DNA from: Candidatus Calditenuaceae archaeon
GTDB lineage: Archaea; Thermoproteota; Nitrososphaeria_A; Caldarchaeales; Calditenuaceae
Direction: 5' to 3'
Length of the DNA stretch: 32,000 nucleotides
Assembly (NCBI GenBank): GCA_025059595.1
Contig: JANXDI010000012.1
Location: forward strand, 97,785-129,784
Numbering within the stretch: the stretch's first letter is position 1; each line of letters opens with the position of its first letter. This document shows positions 8,401 to 16,291 of the stretch, in pieces. The notes below the pieces were generated by a model, which saw nothing but the letters and a program-made list of their open reading frames with translations, had not been told where the DNA came from and made no database searches. The position numbers were made by a program, and so were the translations under genes.

Positions 8401-8784
8401 TTAGCCCTTATACGCGACGGCGTCTATCTCGACGAGGAAGGCCTCATTCACCATCTTGACGGCGACTGTGGTCCTCGCAGGCGGCCCCTCGGGGAAATAC
8501 TCCCTATAGACCTCGTTCATCGCGGCGAAGTCCTCCGGCCTGACGAGATAGACGTTCACCTTGACCACGTCCCTGAGGCTTGCGCCAGCCGCCGCCAATA
8601 TCTCCCTCAGATTCTCCAGCACCCTCCGCGTCTGAGCCCTGACGTCGCCCTCAACCACCTTCCCAGTCGCCGGGTCCACGGCAACCTGCCCAGCCACAAA
8701 TATCCACCCGCCCGCCTTCACGGCCTGAGAGTATGGGCCGACCGGTTTGGGAGCCCTCTCGGTGAAGACAACCTCGCGCACCAT
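8401..8784 (-). CDS. RidA/YjgF/TdcF family reactive-intermediate deaminase
   Basis: Contains [21 protein letters not shown] and ARTTVAV motifs. 127 aa. Confidence 0.85.
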   Translation of the reverse strand: MVREVVFTERAPKPVGPYSQAVKAGGWIFVAGQVAVDPATGKVVEGDVRAQTRRVLENLREILAAAGASLRDVVKVNVYLVRPEDFAAMNEVYREYFPEGPPARTTVAVKMVNEAFLVEIDAVAYKG

Positions 8785-8822
8785 AGCCCGCCGGCGATAG
8801 CGGTATGCTCAGAGTAATAAGA

Positions 8823-9026
8823 TTACCTTAGCGGCCTGTCCAGCCTGAAAGCATCTACAACTCCACCAACCTTCTGGATAAGTCCCTCGTCCTCGGTGAC
8901 GAGAGGAACGCCCAGCTCCCTCGCCCAGAAAACGTATGAAGCGTCGTAGAACTTAATCCTCAGGTCTCGGGCCAGCACCAATATAATGGCCCGGAATATC
9001 GCTGAGGAGTCGAAGAGATGGCTCGC
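8823..9026 (-). pseudogene. Truncated PIN-domain (VapC) toxin remnant
   Basis: My own translation gives ASHLFDSSAIFRAIILVLARDLRIKFYDASYVFWARELGVPLVTEDEGLIQKVGGVVDAFRLDRPLR*. The first-Asp motif (FDSSAI) and C-terminal motifs (YDASY, LVTED) are present. The ~50-60 aa middle is missing, there is no start codon, and a TAG lies immediately upstream in frame. Confidence 0.55.
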
Positions 9027-9072
9027 CTATTCTCCCTGTCTCTCCTTATCTCACCGACGACATTCTCAACGC

Positions 9073-9264
9073 TTATCCGGCTGAGGACGGGCTCAGCTCC
9101 TCGACGGCACTCCTCAGCCTCTCAAGGCTCCTCTTCCTCACCTCCTCCTCTATGGCTTTCCTGAGAACCTCGGAAGGGTTTATCCCCGGCTCCCTCATCC
9201 TCTGCCGGAGCTCGTGGGGAATCTTGACAGATACCGTGACCTTCTCACCTAAAGGACCCACCAA
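9073..9264 (-). CDS. VapB-like ribbon-helix-helix antitoxin
   Basis: VTVSVKIPHELRQRMREPGINPSEVLRKAIEEEV is a typical archaeal RHH antitoxin pattern. It lies directly upstream of the PIN remnant. Confidence 0.6.
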   Translation of the reverse strand: MVGPLGEKVTVSVKIPHELRQRMREPGINPSEVLRKAIEEEVRKRSLERLRSAVEELSPSSAG

Positions 9265-9323
9265 TATCGACTGTCAAACCGTAAGATAATGAGGCTTACC
9301 GCCGCGCCCAGAACCTCACATCC

Positions 9324-10661
9324 TCAGCCCTCGACAAGCCTGAAGACCAGCTCTGCTACTAGAGGCGCTAAGCCGATATACTTCTCCGCCGACTCGGGGA
9401 TTATTTCCGAGGCTTTAAGCCCCTTCTCCTCCAGCAGCCTCCCGACCTCCTCGAGGTAGCCTCGGCCGCCTCTGCCGAGGGCCCTCAGCTCCTCCATAAC
9501 ATCCACGCCCCTCAGCCTCGCCCTAATCTGGACAGCCTCCGCGACGACTTCCGGGTGGCGCTCAAGGTCCCGCCGAGCCTCCTCCGAGTCGACCTCCATT
9601 CGGTCCAAGAACGCGGCCAAGTTTTTGGCTCCAATTAGCAGGTGGGCTAAGGCGACGCCGTAGTTTCTTCTTATCGTGGAGTCTGAGAGGTCGCGCTGCA
9701 GACGGGAGACGAGGAGTCTGGAGGCGAGGAAGCTGAGCATGTTCGCGGCCATCTCTAGGTTTCCTTCGGCGTTCTCGAGTTCGACTGGGTTGCTCTTCTG
9801 GGGCATCGTCGATGAGCCGACTCCCTTTGGCCGCGGATAGATTATGCCGAGCATCGAGAGAAGCCAGAGGTCGCGGCAGAGGTCCACGAGAGCCATCGCG
9901 GCGACCGCAAGCTCGTAGAGTAGGCGCGAAACATCGTCGTGCGGAACCACCTGCTTCGTCGCAACCCAGTGAACGAGACCCAGCGACTCGACAACCCTCC
10001 TCGAGACATCGAGGGCCTCGCCTCCAAAGACCTCCACAAGGCCCGCATAAGTCCCCACGGCCCCCGAGACCTTCCCAGGAAGCCGCGTATCACCAATCCT
10101 CCTCAGCGAGACTAGGAGCCTGTAGGCGTGGACTGAGAGCTCCTTGCCGAGCGTGGTGGGGACGGCGGGCTGGCCGTGTGTCCTAGCAACCGTCACGGTG
10201 TTCCTCTCCCTGTATGCGGCTTTTGCGACTTCGCGCATCAGAAGCTCCAAGGCCGGTGCGACGGCCTCCGTGATTGCGTCACGCAGAGCTAGCGAGTAGG
10301 CCAGGTTGTTCACATCCTCCGAGGTCAGACCGATGTGGACTAGGCGGGCTGCCTCCCCTAAGCCACGCTCCTCGAGCCTCCTACCCAGAAACCTGACGAC
10401 TGCCTCGACATCGTGCCTCGTCCCAGCCTCGATGCCCTTCACCTCAGCCGCACAAGCTTCATCAAAGCTGAAGACTATTTCTTTGAGGGCCGCTGATAGT
10501 CTTTCGAGCATGTGGGGCGCGGCCCTAGCAGCGACGTGCTTAAGATACTCGGCCTCAACCATCAGCCTATACCTCATCAAAGCCTCCTCAGAGAAGTAGC
10601 GGGCGAGCTCCGAGGCCAACGCCCTGTAACGGCCGTCGACAGGCGATACCGCCTCTCTCAC
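9324..10661 (-). CDS. purB: Adenylosuccinate lyase
   Basis: N-terminal SPVDGRYR motif and the fumarate-lyase signature GSSTMPQKSNP. 445 aa. Confidence 0.9.
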   Translation of the reverse strand: MREAVSPVDGRYRALASELARYFSEEALMRYRLMVEAEYLKHVAARAAPHMLERLSAALKEIVFSFDEACAAEVKGIEAGTRHDVEAVVRFLGRRLEERGLGEAARLVHIGLTSEDVNNLAYSLALRDAITEAVAPALELLMREVAKAAYRERNTVTVARTHGQPAVPTTLGKELSVHAYRLLVSLRRIGDTRLPGKVSGAVGTYAGLVEVFGGEALDVSRRVVESLGLVHWVATKQVVPHDDVSRLLYELAVAAMALVDLCRDLWLLSMLGIIYPRPKGVGSSTMPQKSNPVELENAEGNLEMAANMLSFLASRLLVSRLQRDLSDSTIRRNYGVALAHLLIGAKNLAAFLDRMEVDSEEARRDLERHPEVVAEAVQIRARLRGVDVMEELRALGRGGRGYLEEVGRLLEEKGLKASEIIPESAEKYIGLAPLVAELVFRLVEG

Positions 10662-10672
10662 AGAATCCAGCT

Positions 10673-11323
10673 GTGAAGCCGAGGCTTAATCCCTTTCCAT
10701 CGCGACACCTCTCGGGAAGGGTAGATAAGGCCGGCCCTAACATCTTTGTCCTCGTGCTAACCGCCCTCGAGAGGGCCCTGCTGAGCCGCGAGGCCAGCGG
10801 CCAATCCGGCTGGAGAAACAGCTGCCTAGTAGTCGACGAAACTGAGGGCGGCTCCTTCACCCTCTTTCTGGCTGAGGGGCTCGACGAGGGGGCGGCGGTT
10901 CATAGGCTGGCGTGCCATTTTGGGAGGTTCCCCCTGAGGGCGGGAGCCGTGAACTGCGCGGCCGTCAGGCACCGCGGAGACCCCGCGACGCTCAGCGCAA
11001 CGGTACTCGAGGTGAACAGGGCCCTCATCGACGGCGCCCCCATGACCCTCACGGCGAGACTCGAAGACCCTGAGCGGTTTCTCGTCAAACACGGATTCGC
11101 CCTCGTCTCGGAGCATAAACTCGAGGGAGGCGGGGAGGCCGCAGTTACGCTCTCGAGGAAGGCTTGGCGGAAATATCTGGGAGAGGCCTGCCCCCGATGT
11201 GGAAGCACCCTAGTCCTCCCGCTCATCCCGCCCGACGCAGACGTCAGAAAGGTCTGGACAGTCTACTGCCCCTCCTGCTCCTACAACTGGAGCATCGAAG
11301 AGCCGATAACCGAGTGGATTTAG
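10673..11323 (+). CDS. Hypothetical protein with a C-terminal zinc ribbon (CPRCGS...YCPSCS)
   Basis: ORF with a CxxC-x26-CxxC C-terminus. The track start lies only 11 nt from the divergent purB start, so in-frame GTG 10754 may be the real start. Confidence 0.45.
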   Translation: MKPRLNPFPSRHLSGRVDKAGPNIFVLVLTALERALLSREASGQSGWRNSCLVVDETEGGSFTLFLAEGLDEGAAVHRLACHFGRFPLRAGAVNCAAVRHRGDPATLSATVLEVNRALIDGAPMTLTARLEDPERFLVKHGFALVSEHKLEGGGEAAVTLSRKAWRKYLGEACPRCGSTLVLPLIPPDADVRKVWTVYCPSCSYNWSIEEPITEWI

Positions 11324-11390
11324 CCGGCAATCATAGTCTACTTTAGCTCAAGTTTCATCACCGCTTAAACTTCGGCGCAGCCTAGCCATT

Positions 11391-12023
11391 TCACATTGTG
11401 AAGAGGCTCTGGAGGGTGGGCCTCGCGGCTTTGGCTGGGAGGATTAGAAGTCCCTCCGACGGGTCTCCTAGGATGGTGCAGAGACCCCTCTTGTAGAGTA
11501 GTGCGACATAGGCGCATGTCGCGGCGTCGACCATGTCGAGGCTCAGGGACTTCGGAAGCTTGAGGCCGAGCCTCCTCAAACCGCGGGAGAGGCTCCCGGC
11601 CCTCCTCTCTCCACACCTCCAGAGGCCCAGAATCTTCTGGGCGCCGCTCGGAAAAGTCTCGATAACCTCGAACCCAAGCCCCCTGAGCCGGGCCGACAGC
11701 TCCAGACCCCTCGCGGTTAGGGCGCGCATCGAGCCGAAGAAGGGTGGAAAGATTCGGATGCCAACCCGTATCGCCTCCCTATCGCAGAGCCTGAGGCCCT
11801 TCCCCCCAGTTGGGCTGGAGAGGGGCGCGTCGATTGCTATGCAGGCGGGGGTGATTGTGCTCGCGAGTTCTAGAATCTCTTCGTTGAGCCTCGCCTCGTG
11901 GAAAACGGCCTCTCCGCCCGTCGATAATATGCACACCGCGGTGGCCCTGCTAGGGGATGCGGTAAGGTCTACACCCATGAACCTCTCTCCGCCGAGAGGC
12001 CCGCCTCCCGCAGAGCCCGACAC
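11391..12023 (-). CDS. DUF429-like predicted RNase H-fold protein
   Basis: FMGVDLTASPSRATAVCIL...CIAIDAPLS pattern (DxT/S ... IDAPL) as in the COG2410/DUF429 family. Recalled, not searched. Confidence 0.5.
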   Translation of the reverse strand: MSGSAGGGPLGGERFMGVDLTASPSRATAVCILSTGGEAVFHEARLNEEILELASTITPACIAIDAPLSSPTGGKGLRLCDREAIRVGIRIFPPFFGSMRALTARGLELSARLRGLGFEVIETFPSGAQKILGLWRCGERRAGSLSRGLRRLGLKLPKSLSLDMVDAATCAYVALLYKRGLCTILGDPSEGLLILPAKAARPTLQSLFTM

Positions 12024-12047
12024 ACCCGCCGCCCAGCCCCCTAAGCT

Positions 12048-12824
12048 CTACGGCCTCTTAACAACCCTCTCAAGCCACTCGGCCGTGAGTGATATCACCT
12101 TCCACTCGGCATCGTATCCAGTGAATGTGTGGTCTGCGTCCTCAACCACTATCTTCTCCCTCGGCTCACCCGCTGCGGAGAATATCTTATCCGCGTGCTC
12201 CGGAGGGACGACGATATCTTTGGAGCCGTGAACCACGAGGAGGGGGCGTGGAGAGATCTTCGCGGCGGCCTCCGCTATCCTGTAGCTCGCGATTTCTTGG
12301 AAGGCCCGGATGCTTACCCTGAACCCGGTCGGCAGGTCAATATATTCGCCTGAGACTCTGCTCGACTCGATGAGGCTCCTCATGTATTCTGAGAGCGTCA
12401 CGAAGTCTGCGGGTGCGGCCCAGCTGACGACGAACCTTATCCTCTGGTCCTGCGAGGCCCTGAATATCGAGACCGCTCCACCCATGCTCAGCCCCAAGAC
12501 TCCGAGCCTCCGCACATCGACGTCGGGCCTCCCAGCCACATAATCCAGCACGCTGCCAAGGTCCTCGACCTCGCTCGCGAAAGATGCCTCGTGAAACTCG
12601 CCCTCACTCTCACCAGACCCCCAGAAGTCAAAACGCACAACGAGGAGGCCTCGACGGCAGAACTCGCGGGCGGCCCTCACGAAGAGGCGGTGAGCCTCAA
12701 CCCTGTCGCCCGTGAAGCCGTGGCACATTATTAATGCGGGGGCCGGCGTGCTGCGCGGCACGTGAACCATGGCGGCAAGCCTCCCCCGAGGCCCACTCAC
12801 CCATACAAACTCCTCCACGTGCAA
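12048..12824 (-). CDS. Alpha/beta-fold hydrolase (dienelactone hydrolase / S9-like)
   Basis: GLSMGG nucleophile elbow, VVHGSKDIVVP acid motif, and His in DADHTF. Confidence 0.75.
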   Translation of the reverse strand: MHVEEFVWVSGPRGRLAAMVHVPRSTPAPALIMCHGFTGDRVEAHRLFVRAAREFCRRGLLVVRFDFWGSGESEGEFHEASFASEVEDLGSVLDYVAGRPDVDVRRLGVLGLSMGGAVSIFRASQDQRIRFVVSWAAPADFVTLSEYMRSLIESSRVSGEYIDLPTGFRVSIRAFQEIASYRIAEAAAKISPRPLLVVHGSKDIVVPPEHADKIFSAAGEPREKIVVEDADHTFTGYDAEWKVISLTAEWLERVVKRP

Positions 12825-12954
12825 GAAAGGCGCAAGCTAGGTAGATATAGTTTAGGGAGGTGTGGGGGCGATTTTGCTTTAGTGTCGCCGTATCGCGAGT
12901 TGAGATTTATAGAGAGGATGGATTTCTTGGAGCTGCCTGTGGTGTTGTGACAAG

Positions 12955-13332
12955 TTGAGCGGCCCGTTTTTCTCGGAGAAGGACTGGTCTAGGGGTTTCC
13001 CCATATCTCTACACGTGTATATTGATGGAGTCGAGTTTAGGTGGATTCGCCTCGGCTTGATCATCCATTTCAGCAGTATCGAGTTGATGAAAGTTGTGAA
13101 GATTCCTTGGTGGGTCGGCGCTAGAGGCGTTTCCACCCTTTTCCCTCTTAGTAAGAAGCTGTATATCATTTTGGGAGGCCACTCAGCTTTCAGGCCGGGT
13201 CAGGGGGTATTGTTTGAGAGGCAAGAGGGGTTTTGGAGAGAGGTCGTGATTTCCGTGAAGAATATGGAGGCGTTCATCGAGGCGGTAGAGAGAGCCTCGG
13301 GTAGAACAGTTTTCAAGACAGACATCCAGTAA
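12955..13332 (+). CDS. Hypothetical ORF in a lower-GC patch (weak)
   Basis: ORF only, with a non-ATG start in the track and no recognisable motif. A competing antisense ORF exists at 12879-13169. Confidence 0.2.
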   Translation: MSGPFFSEKDWSRGFPISLHVYIDGVEFRWIRLGLIIHFSSIELMKVVKIPWWVGARGVSTLFPLSKKLYIILGGHSAFRPGQGVLFERQEGFWREVVISVKNMEAFIEAVERASGRTVFKTDIQ

Positions 13333-13410
13333 GGTCACGGCCCCGAATACCTAAGAAAAATTTGAGGGTTGCTAAGGTTAGTGCAACGACTGCAAGGCGT
13401 ATCGAGGAGG

Positions 13411-13489
13411 TGGTGGGGCCGGCCGGATTTGAACCGGCGACCTCCTGGGCCCAAGCCAGGCATCTTAGACCATGCTCGACCACGGCCCC
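13411..13489 (-). tRNA. tRNA-Pro (anticodon UGG), genomically encoded 3' CCA
   Basis: Hand fold of the minus strand: GGGGCCG/CGGCCCC acceptor, anticodon stem CCTGG/CCAGG with loop CTTGGGC, T arm GCCGG-TTCAAAT-CCGGC, discriminator A followed by CCA (13411-13413). Confidence 0.85.
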
Positions 13490-13510
13490 TGAAATCTGGA
13501 CGGACTGATG

Positions 13511-13520
13511 ATTAATAAAA
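13511..13520 (-). promoter_or_regulatory. TATA-like box (TTTTATTAAT on minus strand) ~26 nt upstream of the tRNA-Pro 5' end
   Basis: Based on position and composition only. Confidence 0.35.
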
Positions 13521-13605
13521 CCTTAACCCCGAATAAGTTTCAAGGAGCTCGGTATCAGTCCATAAACTCGAGTAGATTATCACTCTACGTTGGCGAAAGA
13601 AAAAT

Positions 13606-14082
13606 TCACTCTTCGACGGTGAAGTAGGCCACTAGCTCTATCTTCTCGTCGGGGCTTCCAACTCTTTCAACTATTACCTCCTTGATGACTCTGTAGCGGC
13701 CGGGCTCGATGTCCTCCGGCAGCTCTATCACTCTGCTAAGCGACTCACCTGGCCCCAGCGTGTAGGCGATGGATATGAAGACTCTCTCGCGCATCCACTC
13801 CGGCGTTACCCACGAGCCGTCGACCATATGCTGAACAGTATACATCTCGCCGAGGACTACCGTGTCGCCCCTGTTATTGACGACCTTGTATCCCAGAGCC
13901 TCTACTCCTCTTTTAACAGTCGTCGAGTCCAAGATGAGCTGCAAACCATTTTTCTCGTCTCGTCCGAGAACTTGGTTGTCTTTTTCCTCATCGCCCTGAG
14001 GGGTGGCGTTTAGCATCATCCATCCCCCGATAAACAGCGCTGCAAGAACCGTTGCCACCGCGAAGGCCCAGAACTTTCCCAC
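13606..14082 (-). CDS. Membrane-anchored/secreted hypothetical protein
   Basis: N-terminal hydrophobic segment FWAFAVATVLAALFIGGWMML followed by a beta-rich soluble domain. No family recognised. Confidence 0.5.
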   Translation of the reverse strand: MGKFWAFAVATVLAALFIGGWMMLNATPQGDEEKDNQVLGRDEKNGLQLILDSTTVKRGVEALGYKVVNNRGDTVVLGEMYTVQHMVDGSWVTPEWMRERVFISIAYTLGPGESLSRVIELPEDIEPGRYRVIKEVIVERVGSPDEKIELVAYFTVEE

Positions 14083-14166
14083 GCGCGAGGCTATGTACCA
14101 AAATATACATAAACATTAGCCATAGTAGAGGGGGTTATTAAAATAAACATGGTCTGGTTGGGGGTG

Positions 14167-14394
14167 CTAAACGACTATCGCGGTCTCTGTGCTCTCTACG
14201 CCGTCTATCGTGTGTATCTTGGAGAGGACTGTGTCGGTGAGCGCCTTGAGGTCAGCCGCCTCGAGCAGCACGACTACATCGTATCTTCCCGTAACCATGC
14301 AGGCGAGCTTACAGCCTGAGAGCTTCCCGGCTTGCTCCGCCACGCTCGAGGCCTTCCCAGCTCTAGTTCTTATGAAGACGAACGCCTGAACCAC
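14167..14394 (-). CDS. Stand-alone Lrp/AsnC-type ligand-binding (RAM) domain protein
   Basis: 75 aa. FVFIRTRAGKASSVAEQAGKLSGCKLACMVTGRYDVVVLLEA...IDGVESTETAIVV matches the AsnC_trans_reg pattern. There is no HTH. Confidence 0.7.
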   Translation of the reverse strand: MVQAFVFIRTRAGKASSVAEQAGKLSGCKLACMVTGRYDVVVLLEAADLKALTDTVLSKIHTIDGVESTETAIVV

Positions 14395-14416
14395 GAATAA
14401 TCAGGGGGCGGCATGG

Positions 14417-14426
14417 CTTATAATAG
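14417..14426 (-). promoter_or_regulatory. TATA-like box (CTATTATAAG on minus strand) centred ~27 nt upstream of ATG 14394
   Basis: Based on position and composition. Confidence 0.35.
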
Positions 14427-14715
14427 TTTACCAGGACTTCACAGGCTCAGGGTGAGGTTGTGAAGAGTGGAGGGCGTTTCTGTGAATCTGTTAAGGGTGA
14501 AGTAATACTTCTGAATTTTCGTGGTAGGGCATTTGTGTGGTTGGGGTATATCTGTGGCATTTGGAGAAGGTATACGCCGGCTTCTTTTATGAATGCTAGA
14601 TTGTTTGCTAAACTGGCGGTTTAGCGGTTTTTCTCTGGGGCTGGGAGGCCGGTGACGTGAGGTGGCTACCGCCTGTGAAGGGGTGTGGTGAATTTGGGGG
14701 AGGTGTTTCCACAGG

Positions 14716-14736
14716 CTCCACTCGAAATGGAGGGGT
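14716..14736 (+). repeat. ORB-like box 1: CTCCACTCGAAATGGAGGGGT
   Basis: Fits TCCA-N3-GAAA-N4-GGGG. It shares 15 of 21 positions with the reverse complement of box 2. Confidence 0.55.
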
Positions 14737-14881
14737 TCAAAACAAGCACCCACACGCTTCACAGTGAAGAGTCGTGAAAAAATGTTGTCTGGTGTTGAGA
14801 AGCTCTTTCCGGGTTTCGGGCCAAACGTGACCAAGTCATCTGCTACACGACTAAGCAGTAAGAAGCCGCAAAAACACCCAG

Positions 14882-14903
14882 ACCCCGACGCTTCGAATGG
14901 AAA
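14882..14903 (-). repeat. ORB-like box 2 (minus strand: TTTCCATTCGAAGCGTCGGGGT)
   Basis: Inverted relative to box 1, with the same TCCA-N3-GAA-...-GGGGT layout. Confidence 0.55.
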
Positions 14904-14990
14904 TTAACTAAAATCAACACAAGCGGAGAACGAAAAAATAAAATAAGATAAATAATACAACATATCTAAGAATTTTGTAGAACGGCCAGC

Positions 14991-14996
14991 TTTAAT
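14991..14996 (+). promoter_or_regulatory. TATA-like box (TTTAAT) ~27 nt upstream of the cdc6 GTG start
   Basis: Based on position and composition. Confidence 0.3.
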
Positions 14997-15019
14997 CGTC
15001 CAAATCATCTACAATTGTC

Positions 15020-16291
15020 GTGGACGAGCTTCAGTTGAAGCAGAGGGGTGACCCTCTCGGCGAGCTTCTCGAGCGTATTACATCGTCTTCGCACATCTTC
15101 AAGGACAGGGAAGTTCTGAGGGCCGACTACATTCCAGGTAACCTGCCTCACAGGTGGGAGCACATAAAGCGTCTCGGCGAGATAGTCTCGACAGGCCTCA
15201 GGATGCATCGGCCAAGCAACGTCTTCATCTACGGAAAGACCGGGACAGGTAAAACCGCCGTCGTCAAGCATGTCTTTAAGAGGTTTTCCTCCGAGGCGGA
15301 GAGGCTTGGAATACCGCTCCGTTTCGTCTACGTGAACTGCAGGATTGCGGGGACGGAGTATCGGGTTCTTGCGGAGCTCTGCGAATCGCTCAACGTCCAA
15401 GTCCCCTTTACGGGCCTCTCGAAGGGCGAGGTCTTCAACAGGTTCCGCAGGGCCCTCTCCTCCTCCCAGAATCTATTAATTGTCTGCCTAGACGAGGTTG
15501 ATGTTTTGGTTAAGAGTGCGGGCGACGCCTTGCTCTACGAGCTGACGCGGATAAACGAGAGCCTGGAATACAGCAGGCTCTCCCTAATCGGTGTCTCGAA
15601 CGACTTAACGTTTAAGGAGATGCTTGACCCGCGGGTCTTGAGCAGTCTCAGCGAGGAGGAGATTGTCTTCCACCCCTATACGGCAGTCGAGCTTGTAGAT
15701 ATTTTGAGTGAGAGGGCGAGGCTCGCCTTCAGGGAGGGTGTTATGCCCCAATCAACGATAAACCTTTGCGCGGCCCTAGCCGCTGCTGAGCATGGTGATG
15801 CGAGGAGGGCCCTCGACCTTCTGAGGGTTGCGGCGGAGATTGCGGAGAGGAACTTGGCTGAGAGGGTTGAGGAGCAGCATGTACGGACGGCGCTCGGCGT
15901 GATTGAGCAGGGCCGCGTCTTCGAGGCCCTTACGACGCTTCCGCTACATGGGCGTATTGTCCTGCTCGCGGTCTATCAGGCCACGCTGAACTCCTCCGGA
16001 AAAATAACATCTGGCCTCGTCTACCAATACTACCGCACACTCTGCGGCCAGCTCGGACTCGAGCCTCTCACGGACAGGAGGGTAAGCACCTTAATCTCGG
16101 AGCTCGACATGCTGGGAGTCCTCTCAAGCAGCGTTGTAAGCTTTGGGAGGTATGGGAGGACGAGGAGAATCGCGCTGAAGATTCCTGTGGATGAGGTTAG
16201 GCAGGCGCTGGAGCGGGACGAGTTTCTCTCGCACCTCCTCGTGCAGGGCGTGGTCCGGGCGGGTAGCGAGGGTAGTGAGCGAGGCAGCTAG
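15020..16291 (+). CDS. cdc6: Orc1/Cdc6 replication initiator (AAA+ plus winged helix)
   Basis: Walker A IYGKTGTGKT and Walker B LIVCLDEVD. N-terminal pattern FKDREVLRADYIPGNLPHRWEHI. GTG start and TAG stop. Confidence 0.9.
   Translation: MDELQLKQRGDPLGELLERITSSSHIFKDREVLRADYIPGNLPHRWEHIKRLGEIVSTGLRMHRPSNVFIYGKTGTGKTAVVKHVFKRFSSEAERLGIPLRFVYVNCRIAGTEYRVLAELCESLNVQVPFTGLSKGEVFNRFRRALSSSQNLLIVCLDEVDVLVKSAGDALLYELTRINESLEYSRLSLIGVSNDLTFKEMLDPRVLSSLSEEEIVFHPYTAVELVDILSERARLAFREGVMPQSTINLCAALAAAEHGDARRALDLLRVAAEIAERNLAERVEEQHVRTALGVIEQGRVFEALTTLPLHGRIVLLAVYQATLNSSGKITSGLVYQYYRTLCGQLGLEPLTDRRVSTLISELDMLGVLSSSVVSFGRYGRTRRIALKIPVDEVRQALERDEFLSHLLVQGVVRAGSEGSERGS

Larger units (their letters stand above)
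14700..15019. other. Candidate replication origin (oriC) upstream of orc1/cdc6
   Basis: Non-coding region holding two inverted ORB-like boxes and a strongly A/T-rich stretch (about 14900-14990), immediately upstream of cdc6. Confidence 0.6.

Noticed and set aside
11533-12231. 232-aa plus-strand ORF spanning the DUF429-like and hydrolase genes
   Set aside because: It is antisense to two motif-supported genes and crosses their intergenic gap, so it is a composition artefact.
13324-13338. GGGGCCGTGACC on the minus strand resembling the 5' ends of both tRNAs (GGGGCCGTGG[TC]C); considered as a tRNA fragment or att remnant
   Set aside because: Only about 10 nt match, the downstream sequence does not fold into a D arm, and an att repeat would copy the tRNA 3' half, not the 5' end.
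13502-13561. Perfect 8-bp inverted repeat GGACTGAT...ATCAGTCC enclosing a C-box-like CTGATGA; considered as a box C/D sRNA
   Set aside because: There is no D box (CUGA) near the 3' end on the strand carrying the C-box-like motif, and no C'/D' pair. The A/T stretch inside it is better explained as the tRNA-Pro TATA box. It may simply be a hairpin between the upstream gene and the tRNA.
14439-14834. 131-aa minus-strand ORF in the region upstream of cdc6
   Set aside because: It runs through the ORB-like box and non-coding-looking sequence, with odd composition and no motif. The region is better explained as origin/intergenic.
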